Shown: piece by piece, positions 45,798 to 55,365 of the stretch | Numbering within the stretch: the stretch's first letter is position 1 | Layout of the letters: each line of letters starts with the position of its first letter | Assembly (NCBI GenBank): GCA_001804285.1 | Contig: MHFR01000063.1 | Span: forward strand, 38,901-102,900 | DNA: 64,000 nucleotides | Source of the DNA: Candidatus Danuiimicrobium aquiferis | GTDB taxonomy: Bacteria; Omnitrophota; Omnitrophia; Omnitrophales; Danuiimicrobiaceae | Direction of reading: 5' to 3' | The notes under the pieces: generated by a model | Database searches by the model: none | Seen by the model: only the letters and a program-made list of their open reading frames with translations | Told to the model about the DNA's origin: nothing | Position numbers and translations under genes: made by a program

Positions 45798-46715
45798 ATG
45801 TGTGGAACAGTTACTGAAACCAAAATCAATGAGTATAAAAGAAAATGGGAATTAGCATTGCTTTTGCCAGGGAAGGAAGATTTGATTTCAAGCGCTATTG
45901 CTGAATTAAAACTTTATTTTCCAACATTAAACGAACAAGATGTACTTCGAATGTTTCAAAAATCAGAGGAACTATTTGCCGATCAATGGAAACAAGCCCA
46001 AATTGATACTAGGTCTGAGAAGAAACTGATCGATTTTTACAATCAGAGTGAAATCGAAATATTTGAGTTGATGCATTATCACAGCATGGGGTGGAATGAT
46101 GGACCGTTGAATTATGTTTGTGCTTTAGAATTAGCCAAAGAATGTGGTTTTAAGACGTTTATGGATTATGGCTCGGGAGTTGGATCTGGAGGCTTAATTT
46201 TTGCACGAGCTGCGTTTGATGTGATTTTATGCGATATCGCCAGCCCATTGCTTGAGTTTGCTAAGTGGCGGTTTGCAAAAAGAGGTCTTGATGCGACATT
46301 TGTAGATTTAAAGAAATCAGAGCCTGATGGGGTTGCGGATGTGATTACTTGTTTTGAAGTGCTAGAGCATGTTCCCGATCCCATTAAGGTATTACGAAAA
46401 CTCAGGACGTGGTTGAGGACAGGTGGATTATTAATTGTGACCGCACCTTTTTTTAAAGACGAGTTGAGGCCTATGCATATTGTTCATGACACAAAGTTGA
46501 TCAATAAGTTCCGAGCGCAAGGGTTCGCCATTCGATGGGATCTCTACAAAAATATATCAAAAATTGTTCATGGACCATTCTTTATTTTGGAAAAGGTTCA
46601 TCGAAATTGGTTAACAAATATTTTGATCGGGGCATATGATTCATATATCCCGGAGAAATTACGTAGTCGTATTTATAGGATGTTCGCGCGTCTGAAAAGG
46701 CTAATTTGTGGTTAG
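45798..46715 (+). CDS. Class I SAM-dependent methyltransferase
   Basis: MDYGSGVG, CFEVLEHVPDP, LRTGGLLIVTAP. Confidence 0.85.
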   Translation: MCGTVTETKINEYKRKWELALLLPGKEDLISSAIAELKLYFPTLNEQDVLRMFQKSEELFADQWKQAQIDTRSEKKLIDFYNQSEIEIFELMHYHSMGWNDGPLNYVCALELAKECGFKTFMDYGSGVGSGGLIFARAAFDVILCDIASPLLEFAKWRFAKRGLDATFVDLKKSEPDGVADVITCFEVLEHVPDPIKVLRKLRTWLRTGGLLIVTAPFFKDELRPMHIVHDTKLINKFRAQGFAIRWDLYKNISKIVHGPFFILEKVHRNWLTNILIGAYDSYIPEKLRSRIYRMFARLKRLICG

Positions 46716-47658
46716 CGTTATCATTTGCACTTATAATCGCAGTGAAAGTTTGAAGGATACGTTGCAAGCACTAAAAGTCCAGAAATTGCCAGACGGTGTT
46801 TCTCTTGAAATTATTATAGTAGATAATAATAGCAGCGATTCTACCCACGCCGTTGTTATTGATTCAGAGGTAAATAGTCCTTGGCCGGTTCATTATCTTT
46901 TCGAACCGACGCCTGGAAAATGCTTTGCGTTAAATCGGGGAATCAAACAGGCAAAAGGAGAATTAATTGCTTTGACTGATGACGATACTATTCCAGGTCC
47001 TGATTGGGTAAATGCGCTTTGGGCAGGTTATAAGTTGTATGCCGCAGATTGTACCGGTGGACGTATTTTACCTCTTTGGGTTGAGAAACCTCCTAGCTGG
47101 TTAATGAAACATACTGTTTGTTTGCAGATGCTAGCGATGATAGATCATGGCGATGCTCCCGCTTTTTTAAGTTCTTTCGATCCAGGATTTTTGTTCGGTG
47201 CAAATATGGCTTATCGAAAAAAGACATTCGATGATGTGGGATTGTTCAATACGGATTTAGGCCCAAAGGGTGGTGATCAGATGCGTGGTGAAGATACAGA
47301 CATGTTAGAGCGTTTTGTGAACGCGGGAAAACGGATCGCTTACATTCCCGGAGCAATCGTTTATCACAAAGTTCCAAAAGAACGTATGAGTCGATCATAT
47401 TTTCGGCGCTGGCGTTTCGAATCAGGCCGCGCAACTTGTGTTCAACGGGGCATGAAAAATTCCCATTTTCCGTTATGGCTTCTTCGAGAATGTTTTGGAA
47501 ATTTCTTTCAAGCCATTTATGGTTATGCAATATTCGATTCATGTCGCGCATTTAAAGCTGAAATGATTTTTTGGTTTCAATGCGGAGAGATTATTGAGCT
47601 GACCAAGGATTATGGCACGGTGTATCAGAATATAAAAAAGAAAGCATCGCGTATTTAG
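46708..47658 (+). CDS. GT2 glycosyltransferase
   Basis: SVIICTYNR, VDNNSSD, LTDDD, GANMAYR, GEDTD. Confidence 0.92.
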   Translation: MVSVIICTYNRSESLKDTLQALKVQKLPDGVSLEIIIVDNNSSDSTHAVVIDSEVNSPWPVHYLFEPTPGKCFALNRGIKQAKGELIALTDDDTIPGPDWVNALWAGYKLYAADCTGGRILPLWVEKPPSWLMKHTVCLQMLAMIDHGDAPAFLSSFDPGFLFGANMAYRKKTFDDVGLFNTDLGPKGGDQMRGEDTDMLERFVNAGKRIAYIPGAIVYHKVPKERMSRSYFRRWRFESGRATCVQRGMKNSHFPLWLLRECFGNFFQAIYGYAIFDSCRAFKAEMIFWFQCGEIIELTKDYGTVYQNIKKKASRI

Positions 47659-47825
47659 AAAAAGACGCTCAAAGCTCAAGAATGGAAGGTCTGGAAGAAC
47701 CGGTCAATGAAAATTTTATTAAATAGAGCGCAGCCAATCCCAGGTTTAGTTCATGGTGAAACAGAATTCGTTTTGCACTTTTTTGAAGGTGCATTTATTG
47801 ATTTTGTCAGTTGAGGCGAAACAAA

Positions 47826-48833
47826 ATGGCTAATTTTCTTATTAGTGTCATATTGCCGACTTATAATCGCGAAAAGCTTTTGCGAGAAGCGATTGAAAGT
47901 GTGAAAAAGCAAACTTTCGCAGATTGGGAATTGATTGTTGTTGATGACGGTTCGACGGATGCAACTCGCGATATCTTGAAAGATTACTGTGCAAAAGATT
48001 TACGGATTAAAATGTTGCGAGGAAACCACGGCGGGGCGGCCGCTGCGCGAAATCTTGGTATGAGAGCCGCTTCGGGGAAGTATATCGCGTTTTTAGATGA
48101 TGACGATTTATGGCTTCCTGAAAAACTATTGTTGCAATATGGGGTTTTCGAAAAGTATCCCGATGTTGGTTTCGTTTTTACGGACGGAATGATTGTGAAT
48201 GAAGACGGCCGGCAAGAACGGAAATTATTGCCATATCAGCACAAAGCTTTTTGCGAGTGGTTGACAAATTGTAAAACGGTAGAACCTTTTTTATATGTCG
48301 GGCAACTTCATGAGGTTTTAATCGCTGGAAATTGTATTGCGACGCCAACCCTTGTGCTGAAACGCGAAACGGTTGAGACAGTTGGAGGTTTTAATGCAAA
48401 TTATGAAATTGGAGAAGATTATGATTTCTGGATTCGTCTTTCTCGGCATTTTTCCGGAGCGCTCTTAAAAGTTGAGCTCGTGACAATTCGAATAACTGCA
48501 AGTGGTTTATCGGGCGCTGAAGGTGAAAGGGATTATCGATGGCGTGAGGCGGAGATTCCCATTTTAGAAGCGCATCTATTAGCGGTTTCACATGAACAGC
48601 GAAAGAGTTTAATGAACCGAATTAAACAGCACGGTCGATTGGCGGGCGGGTATTATTTAAAGCAGCGGGATCGTAAACGGTCGCGCAAATTATTAATGAA
48701 ATCGCTTCAATATCAATTTTATCAACCCAAGATTTTATTGTATTTATTTGTGTCATATCTTCCTTTATTTGTTATTTCTTTTTTGCATAAGTTGTTATGG
48801 TTTATTCGTAGGCATCGTCATGAGAATCAATGA
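47826..48833 (+). CDS. GT2 glycosyltransferase
   Basis: SVILPTYNR, VDDGSTD, FLDDDD, GEDYDFW. Confidence 0.92.
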   Translation: MANFLISVILPTYNREKLLREAIESVKKQTFADWELIVVDDGSTDATRDILKDYCAKDLRIKMLRGNHGGAAAARNLGMRAASGKYIAFLDDDDLWLPEKLLLQYGVFEKYPDVGFVFTDGMIVNEDGRQERKLLPYQHKAFCEWLTNCKTVEPFLYVGQLHEVLIAGNCIATPTLVLKRETVETVGGFNANYEIGEDYDFWIRLSRHFSGALLKVELVTIRITASGLSGAEGERDYRWREAEIPILEAHLLAVSHEQRKSLMNRIKQHGRLAGGYYLKQRDRKRSRKLLMKSLQYQFYQPKILLYLFVSYLPLFVISFLHKLLWFIRRHRHENQ

Positions 48834-48860
48834 GTCTAACTGCCACTTTAAGGGGCTACA

Positions 48861-49820
48861 ATGGCAAAGATTAGTGTGATCATTCCGACGTTTAATCGGC
48901 CGGTTTTATTGCGGCGTGCGATTCAAAGTGTCATCGATCAAACGTATAAGGATTGGGAACTAATTGTAATTGATAATGGCAAGAATCCTCAAACTAGGGC
49001 GGTGGTTGAGGAAATGGGTTCTGGTTCTTTTTTAATTCGCTATGAGTCAGAAAGGAAGATTGGCGTTTCCGCTACTAGAAACAAAGGCATTCGTATGACT
49101 CAAGGAGAGTATGTGGCTTTTCTTGACGATGATGATGTGTGGTTTCCGGAAAAACTTGAAGATCAAATTCGCGTGATGAAACAGCGGCCCGAATTGGCAT
49201 TTGTGAGCAGTGCTATGAAAGTCATTGATGAGGCCGGTGTTGTCGGCGCAAGAAAGCCGGTTCTGATCCCATCCGTTACGGATTTCCGGTCGCTTTTAGA
49301 GAATAACTATTTGGTTGTTTCAAACGTTCTCGTCAAACGGGCGATTCTCGATGAAATCGGTTTTTTTGATGAGGAGCTATTGGTAGGATGCGAGGATTAT
49401 GACCTTTGGCTTCGGATCGCTGAATGTTATTCGTTTGCGATGCTCGAGAATGTCGGGGGCTTATATCAAGTTCATGCGAATCAGATGTCTCAAAACATTG
49501 AAAACATATATCGCAATAAAATTGCCGTATATTCAAAAGTTTTGGCGCGGACGAAAAGCCCAGACGTAATAAAAGAAATCAAGTCTTTGCTGGCCAAGGC
49601 TTATTATAAGTTGGGGACAGAATGCAAAGATAAATCCAATTATGTAAAAGCGAAAGAATCTTATCGGGCGGCCATCAAATATAATCGGCTTGTCGGACTT
49701 GAATTCTATTTGAAGGAGAATCCACAGAAGAGAGGCGTTTTTGGTGGAGTCGTGGCAACGGTAAAGCCTTTTGTGGCATATGCGATGTGTTCTCTGAAAG
49801 CGGGGCGCAATGGCCATTAA
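48861..49820 (+). CDS. GT2 glycosyltransferase with a TPR-like C-terminus
   Basis: SVIIPTFNR, FLDDDD, CEDYDLW; AKAYYKLG..KAKESYRAAI. Confidence 0.9.
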   Translation: MAKISVIIPTFNRPVLLRRAIQSVIDQTYKDWELIVIDNGKNPQTRAVVEEMGSGSFLIRYESERKIGVSATRNKGIRMTQGEYVAFLDDDDVWFPEKLEDQIRVMKQRPELAFVSSAMKVIDEAGVVGARKPVLIPSVTDFRSLLENNYLVVSNVLVKRAILDEIGFFDEELLVGCEDYDLWLRIAECYSFAMLENVGGLYQVHANQMSQNIENIYRNKIAVYSKVLARTKSPDVIKEIKSLLAKAYYKLGTECKDKSNYVKAKESYRAAIKYNRLVGLEFYLKENPQKRGVFGGVVATVKPFVAYAMCSLKAGRNGH

Positions 49821-50973
49821 CATTTTATATGTCGAAACGGGTCTGGGGAAAGGCGGCTCCGCGCTTAGCCTTAAGTGCCTGATCGATAGACTGGATCGGG
49901 AGCGTTTCAACCCCATTCTTTTATTTGATCATCCGGCTGCTGATGTGAAGGGAATCCATTGGTCAAATATTGAAGTGTTGTTTGATCCGCAAAGAATCTC
50001 CTTGGGCGAGAGCATCCGGTGGGGACGGTGGATGTCGCCGGTCATTTCCGCGACCGACTTTTTATGTCGCATACTTCCGGAAGCGTTTAGATTTTCGCAG
50101 CTGTTGAAAAGAAAAAAGATTAGCTTTGTCCATTTTAATAATGACATCCATTCTCATGGCTATGGAATTATTGCGTGTCGGTTGACAAAAACTCCATTTG
50201 TTTGTCATTTGCGTTCTACGCGGAAATTAATAAAAACGGAAAAATGGTTTGCCAAATTGGTTGATCGCTTTATAGTTTTATCTGAATCAGGAAAAGAGTT
50301 TTTTATTAAAGAAGGCATTCCTGAAAATAAAATTACGGTTTCGTTAGATCCGTTTGAAGTTATTTCCGTCAATCAGCAAGTAGATTCTTCCGTTTCGAAA
50401 TTGTTTGATCGCCCTGAAAAGAAAGTGGGGGTGTGCAGCCGTATCGTTCCTGGCAAAGGGCATGAAATATTTATAAAAGCGGCTGCGTTAGTGCTTAAAG
50501 AATTTAAGAACGTTCATTTCTACATTGTCGGTTCGGAAGCGGCTGATTCGAAAGGGTATAAACTCGAGTTGGAAAGTTTGATTGAATCGTTGAAAATTTC
50601 AGAATTCATTACATTTACGGGGTGGGTGAATCATGTGTCGGCGGCGATGTCGAAGATGGACATGATCGTGGACCCGTCGGTTTTAGCGGAGGGACTTAGA
50701 AGGACATTGGTTGAGGCGCTAATGATGGGAAAACCATTTATTGCGTCTTGTGTGGGGCAAACGCCGGAGTTAGCTGAAAAAAGCAAGGGTGGATTGATTG
50801 TGGAAGGAAATTCACCAAGTGAATATGCCGAAAAAATCCTTAAACTACTCAAAGAGAAATCGGTTTGTCAAGATATGGGTAGAAAAGGAAAAGATTATGT
50901 TATTCGTATGTTTAACGCTGATGATAAAGCAAAAGAAATCCAAAGCTTGTATGAAAAGATTTTAAGTAATTAA
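49810..50973 (+). CDS. GT4 glycosyltransferase
   Basis: ILYVE..GKGGS, SRIVPGKG, EGLRRTLVEA. Confidence 0.88.
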   Translation: MAINILYVETGLGKGGSALSLKCLIDRLDRERFNPILLFDHPAADVKGIHWSNIEVLFDPQRISLGESIRWGRWMSPVISATDFLCRILPEAFRFSQLLKRKKISFVHFNNDIHSHGYGIIACRLTKTPFVCHLRSTRKLIKTEKWFAKLVDRFIVLSESGKEFFIKEGIPENKITVSLDPFEVISVNQQVDSSVSKLFDRPEKKVGVCSRIVPGKGHEIFIKAAALVLKEFKNVHFYIVGSEAADSKGYKLELESLIESLKISEFITFTGWVNHVSAAMSKMDMIVDPSVLAEGLRRTLVEALMMGKPFIASCVGQTPELAEKSKGGLIVEGNSPSEYAEKILKLLKEKSVCQDMGRKGKDYVIRMFNADDKAKEIQSLYEKILSN

Positions 50974-50979
50974 ATAGAT

Positions 50980-52497
50980 ATGGCGCAAACACAGCAGGTT
51001 GAAATTAAAAAAAGCGGAAGCATGGGCAGCTTTGTATTCATGGGAGCCGTCGTGTGCTTCTTAGCTTATGTGATTACAAAGAATGTATTCATTCCCAAAT
51101 CGGTAATGTTGGCTTTTACTGTTCTTGGTGCCATTTATTTGTTTTTCAAAGGCATGAAGCAGCCGGAAATAGTGACGTATGTTCTCGTTGCTTACATTCC
51201 TTTCAGTGCGGAGCTAGCCGGTGATTTTGGTGGATTTGCCACTGCTGTGAATTTTACAAATCTTTTGATGATTTTTATTATGGTTGTTTGGCTCACGGGC
51301 AGATATGCGTCGGATGAACCGATTTGGCTTTCAACTCCTTTAAATTTGCCGATTATTCTCTTTCTTCTTGTTGGATTGATTTCTGTTATTCGAGGAATTA
51401 ATTTTAGCGGAGGACATCTTGTGGCTGCAATTATAGAATATAAACGGTGGATTACTCCGCCGCTTCTTTATTTCCTGGTTTTGAACACTGTTAAAAATCG
51501 GCCCACGATACGCGCGATTATCAACATCATGATGTTTGTAACTGCGATTGTTGCCTGCATGGCGATTTATGATTATATCGATGCGGGTGAAGGTGGCAGC
51601 TTGGAAAGCTCGCGGATTGGTGGTATTGTCGATCAGCCGAACATGCTTGCGGCATTTTTTAATTATTATATGTTTTTACCCCTGGCATTTATGTTGATGA
51701 ATACGAAGAAATCCAAATACTGGCTGTTTCTGATTCCGGTTCTCTTGGAATTTAGGGGAGTGATGGTAACTTTTTCTCGTGGTGGCTATATGGCATTTGC
51801 ATTGGGGTTGTATGCAATTTCATTTTTTCGCAGTAAGATGTTGTTTGTCTTTTTGATTTTAGTCGGTTTTATTGTTTACTTTAATCCCATTCTTTTGCCT
51901 GCGGGTGTTCGGTATCGAATGGGACAAACCTTTCAAATAGATAAAACTTCCGCCCAAGAAGTTGAATATGACGAAGCCAGTTTGGAATCGAGTGCTAAAT
52001 CGCGGGTTGAAATTTGGCGTGCGTCGGTGGATATGATTAAGGATCATCCGGTGTTTGGTGTGGGGTATAAATTATTTCCATACATGCTTGAATATTATGC
52101 GCCGCAGTGGAAAGGGTTTGATGCGCATAATACTTATATTATTATCACGGCAGAAATGGGTATTCCCGCATTACTTATATTTTTATGGTGTATTCTGTCC
52201 ATTTTATGGCAAACGCTGAGACTTTATCGAAGGACCAACGACCATTACGCAAAGACGATTGCTTTGGGATATTTAGGGGGCATTTTCGGATTGCTTTTGA
52301 GTAATATGTTCGGCTCACGCTTGGATTCACAGGAAGTGGCGAGTTACTTCTGGATTCTGGCGGCGCTTGTTATGCGTTTCAAAATTTTAGATGAACGGGA
52401 TGCGGCTCATCCCAATTCCCATGAGGAAGTGATTAAGTTGAATTCGAAACCGGGTAAATTAAAATCACACAAGCTTGATGCATGCTGGAGCGAATAA
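50980..52497 (+). CDS. O-antigen ligase / Wzy-type polymerase family membrane protein
   Basis: QPNMLA, TFSRGG, SRVEIW, HPVFGVG, DAHNTY..AEMG. Confidence 0.85.
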   Translation: MAQTQQVEIKKSGSMGSFVFMGAVVCFLAYVITKNVFIPKSVMLAFTVLGAIYLFFKGMKQPEIVTYVLVAYIPFSAELAGDFGGFATAVNFTNLLMIFIMVVWLTGRYASDEPIWLSTPLNLPIILFLLVGLISVIRGINFSGGHLVAAIIEYKRWITPPLLYFLVLNTVKNRPTIRAIINIMMFVTAIVACMAIYDYIDAGEGGSLESSRIGGIVDQPNMLAAFFNYYMFLPLAFMLMNTKKSKYWLFLIPVLLEFRGVMVTFSRGGYMAFALGLYAISFFRSKMLFVFLILVGFIVYFNPILLPAGVRYRMGQTFQIDKTSAQEVEYDEASLESSAKSRVEIWRASVDMIKDHPVFGVGYKLFPYMLEYYAPQWKGFDAHNTYIIITAEMGIPALLIFLWCILSILWQTLRLYRRTNDHYAKTIALGYLGGIFGLLLSNMFGSRLDSQEVASYFWILAALVMRFKILDERDAAHPNSHEEVIKLNSKPGKLKSHKLDACWSE

Positions 52498-52540
52498 GAG
52501 GGTATGGAAAGAATGAGAACGATGGCGTAGAGGCTATGTA

Positions 52541-52731
52541 AGTATCTATTTGGCGGTTTGAAGAAGCTGCGCGTGGCATCTGTGTCATGCCCGCAGGCGT
52601 TGGCGGGCATCTACAAGTTTTCTGGATTCCCGCTTTCGCGGGAATGACAGAAGTGTGTGGACGCGGGAATGATAGAAAACGGGTGTCTTTTACAGATCAG
52701 TACCTCAAAATGATAGACAAATACAGACACT
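52541..52731. mobile_element. Degenerate MITE-like element (1632 family) around GTCAT core 52584-52648
   Basis: tatctatttggcggtttgaag ... cctcaaaatgatagacaaataca. Confidence 0.6.
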
Positions 52732-52744
52732 GAAAAGAAGATAC

Positions 52745-52790
52745 TTGACGCTGATGTAAATATTACTACAATTGTTGTAAATATTACATC
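52745..52790 (+). promoter_or_regulatory. Sigma-70-type promoter overlapped by two operator repeats (module 1)
   Basis: TTGACG-N16-TACAAT; tgtaaatattac at 52755 and 52776. Confidence 0.6.
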
Positions 52791-52811
52791 GGGTTAATAG
52801 GATTTTTCGAA

Positions 52812-53004
52812 TTAGCCCGGATTTCTCCTTGTTGATGAGAAATTCCGCTCGTAAGAGCTGCGGTGCAAAGATGTTTGCGTCTTTGCGACGCAGGGCTTAT
52901 CTTTTGCGTCCTGATTTAATAAGGGCGCAAAACTTTGGGCGTAACTTATTGCGCCCAAAGCGCCTTTCTCGACGATTTACAAAATCGATGAGAAAGGCGG
53001 GTTA
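52812..53004. repeat. Long multi-hairpin TAGCCCG...CGGGTTA element
   Basis: Closing stem plus five internal hairpins; ends shared with 14907-14977. Confidence 0.65.
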
Positions 53005-53016
53005 GGAGTTGGGCCA

Positions 53017-53583
53017 ATGATTACCCATTTAATTTCATCAGAATTAAGACGGAAGTTGCTGACGCATTATTTCAGTCATCCGGATGGAAAATATTATGTC
53101 CGTGAACTGGGAGTTTTGCTTAATTTAGATCCCGGGAATCTTTCGAAGGAGCTTCGGATTTTTGAAAAAGAAGGCCTTTTTCATGTCGAGAAAAAAGGAA
53201 ATCTGAAATTTTATGTTTTGAATTCCGGGTGTCCGCTCTATGGCGATTTAAAGCAAGTGATTTTCAAAACAACCGGTGTCGAAGGAAGTTTGCGTTCCGT
53301 TGTCGATCGATTCGAGGATGTGGCATTAGCTTTTATTTACGGTTCTTATGCGAAGGGTGGGGAAAAAGCGGGTTCCGATATTGATGTAGTTATCGTCGGC
53401 AGCCCGGAGCGCAGGCGGTTGACTTCTGAAATCCGGAAACTCGAAGAGCTTCTTGGTCGTGAAATCAATTTTAATTTATACGCCGAAGAAGAATTTAAAA
53501 ATAAATCGGCAGAAAAAGGAAGTTTTCTTGCCGAAGTTGTCCGGGGAAAGAAAATTATATTGAAAGGAAACTTGAATGGATGA
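53017..53583 (+). CDS. wHTH + minimal nucleotidyltransferase (MNT) protein, putative antitoxin/repressor
   Basis: YYVREL...DPGNLSKEL HTH; FIYGSYAKG..SDIDV. Confidence 0.85.
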   Translation: MITHLISSELRRKLLTHYFSHPDGKYYVRELGVLLNLDPGNLSKELRIFEKEGLFHVEKKGNLKFYVLNSGCPLYGDLKQVIFKTTGVEGSLRSVVDRFEDVALAFIYGSYAKGGEKAGSDIDVVIVGSPERRRLTSEIRKLEELLGREINFNLYAEEEFKNKSAEKGSFLAEVVRGKKIILKGNLNG

Positions 53584-54034
53584 ATTGATCCAAAAGTTAA
53601 AGACAGCCGGAAAATTACGGCAGGAAAGCGTCGGTTTTATTCAGATTGAAGGGCTTTTGTCAGATGCCGTCCGGGATATTCTGGAGGCAAATGCTGTTGT
53701 GAATTACGGGGAACGAGCTCCTTTTCTATTAGCCTATCAAAGCATGCTTAAGGCGGGGCGCTCTCTGTTGTTGCTTTACAGTTTACGGCCGGCTGACGGC
53801 GCCCAACATAAGACGGTGGTTCAAGTTTGCGAGGCGATATTGGGCAGTTCTTTCAAAAGCCTTGCGGAACAATTTGAAACGATGCGGCGCAAACGCAATG
53901 AATTGACTTATGAATATGGAAGTTTGCTTTCCCGTTCTGATATTGTGTCTGCTTTGAGTGATGCAGATGCGTGGATCCGTTCAATTGCGCAGAAAGTGAA
54001 AGAGAAAAATCCGCAGTTTAACCTTGAGTTTTAG
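53576..54034 (+). CDS. HEPN-like protein (SAV_6107/UPF0332-like)
   Basis: AYQSMLKAGRSLL, HKTVV, MRRKRNELTYE; overlaps the MNT gene. Confidence 0.7.
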   Translation: MDELIQKLKTAGKLRQESVGFIQIEGLLSDAVRDILEANAVVNYGERAPFLLAYQSMLKAGRSLLLLYSLRPADGAQHKTVVQVCEAILGSSFKSLAEQFETMRRKRNELTYEYGSLLSRSDIVSALSDADAWIRSIAQKVKEKNPQFNLEF

Positions 54035-54061
54035 TTGAGTACGGTGGAAACGCAAAATGAT

Positions 54062-54113
54062 TTGACTTTGTTACTGTACAAAGTTACAGTAATCACTGTA
54101 GTTTTATACAGTA
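54062..54113 (+). promoter_or_regulatory. Sigma-70-type promoter overlapped by two palindromic operators (module 2)
   Basis: TTGACT-N17-TACAGT; tactgta-N6-tacagta (54072) and cactgta-N6-tacagta (54094). Confidence 0.7.
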
Positions 54114-54119
54114 AAGGAG

Positions 54120-54671
54120 ATGGCAATGATTAGTATGCGGTCGAAAATAACCAAGGGCCTTTTAGGCTATTTTATGCTTCATGACAAGGCGGAAATGTAT
54201 GGAAATGAGCTGGCACGAAAGCTCGGGCTTGATGACGGGAATCTTGCCCGTAAACTTCAGGAGTTGGAACGGCTTGGGCTTCTGAAAAGCAGAGAGATGG
54301 GAAAAGCCCGCTTTTATTCGTTGAATCGGGCGTATCCTTTGTTGAAAGAGTACCGGCGTATTATTCTCAAAACGATAGGGCTCGAAAAAATGCTGCGGAA
54401 CGGTCTGAAGGATTTAGTCGGGATAAAAGAAGCGTTTATTTTTGGCTCTTACGCCGCGAATGAAATGGACGCGGCAAGCGATATTGATTTGTTTGTGGTC
54501 GGAGATTGCGATACCGTTCAAATCAGGAAACGAATTCATACGATTCAAAAAAATATCGATCGTGAAATCAATTTGGTTAGTATGGGTGTTGGCGAATATG
54601 AAAAAAAGAAAAAGGAAGACCCGTTTGTAAAATCCATTCAGAAAGCTAAAAAGGTGCCGGTCATTCCATGA
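54120..54671 (+). CDS. wHTH + MNT protein (second paralog)
   Basis: YGNELARKLGLDDGNLARKL; FIFGSYA...SDIDL. Confidence 0.85.
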   Translation: MAMISMRSKITKGLLGYFMLHDKAEMYGNELARKLGLDDGNLARKLQELERLGLLKSREMGKARFYSLNRAYPLLKEYRRIILKTIGLEKMLRNGLKDLVGIKEAFIFGSYAANEMDAASDIDLFVVGDCDTVQIRKRIHTIQKNIDREINLVSMGVGEYEKKKKEDPFVKSIQKAKKVPVIP

Positions 54672-55078
54672 GCTACGACAAGAATTTTTTCAAAAAATTC
54701 CGGTTTTCGCCGGAAGAAATCAAAATCCATTGGCAAAGCGCTTTGCGTGATTTGGACATTGCCCGCAAGGATTCATTTCCGGAAGTAAAATTCACATATA
54801 GCTATCAGGCCTTGATTAAAGCCGGAATCGTTTTGATCGGAAGCGTCGGCCACGTAAAAGTACGAAGTGTCCCGGGCCACCATGTTAAGACTTTAGAGAA
54901 AATGAGCGAAATTCTCGGGGATGCGGATGTGAGTGTTGTGGGAGACGCAATGAGAACCAAACGAAACACCGATTTATATGGCGGTGGGACAGTGATCGGA
55001 GAAAAAGAAGCGAGCGATTACCTGAGATTTGTTGAAGCGGTTTTTGAAAGTGTTAAAAGCAAACTCAAGATTAAATAG
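54668..55078 (+). CDS. HEPN-like protein (second paralog)
   Basis: SYQALIKAG, GHHVKTL, MRTKRNTDLY; ATGA overlap with the MNT gene. Confidence 0.7.
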   Translation: MSYDKNFFKKFRFSPEEIKIHWQSALRDLDIARKDSFPEVKFTYSYQALIKAGIVLIGSVGHVKVRSVPGHHVKTLEKMSEILGDADVSVVGDAMRTKRNTDLYGGGTVIGEKEASDYLRFVEAVFESVKSKLKIK

Positions 55079-55111
55079 AGGTATTGACTCTGTTGCGGAA
55101 CTGTCAAGAAT

Positions 55112-55295
55112 GTCATCCCCGAATGCAGTAATCGGCACTGACATACATTGAAAACATAATTACTATTTAATAGGATGTCTGTACCGTCCTTAACATGCCA
55201 TGAAAGATTCAATCGGTTGTTAAGGACAGGGATCCACCACAATATATAAAGATATAAAGAAAATTTTTCTGGATTCCCGCTTCCGCGGGAATGAC
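55112..55295. repeat. GTCAT element with the nested 93-bp twin-hairpin module (55133-55225)
   Basis: gtcatccccgaatgc[...]agggatcc...ggattcccgcttccgcgggaatgac. Confidence 0.75.
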
Positions 55296-55365
55296 AAAGT
55301 GTAGGGCGAGTGCATGACAGATCTTGTGAAGCCGAATGTAGTGTGTTTTTTAATGGAGAGAATTA

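Noticed and set aside
47708-47815. 35-codon MKILL... ORF as a GT4 remnant
   Set aside because: Similarity does not go beyond the first few residues
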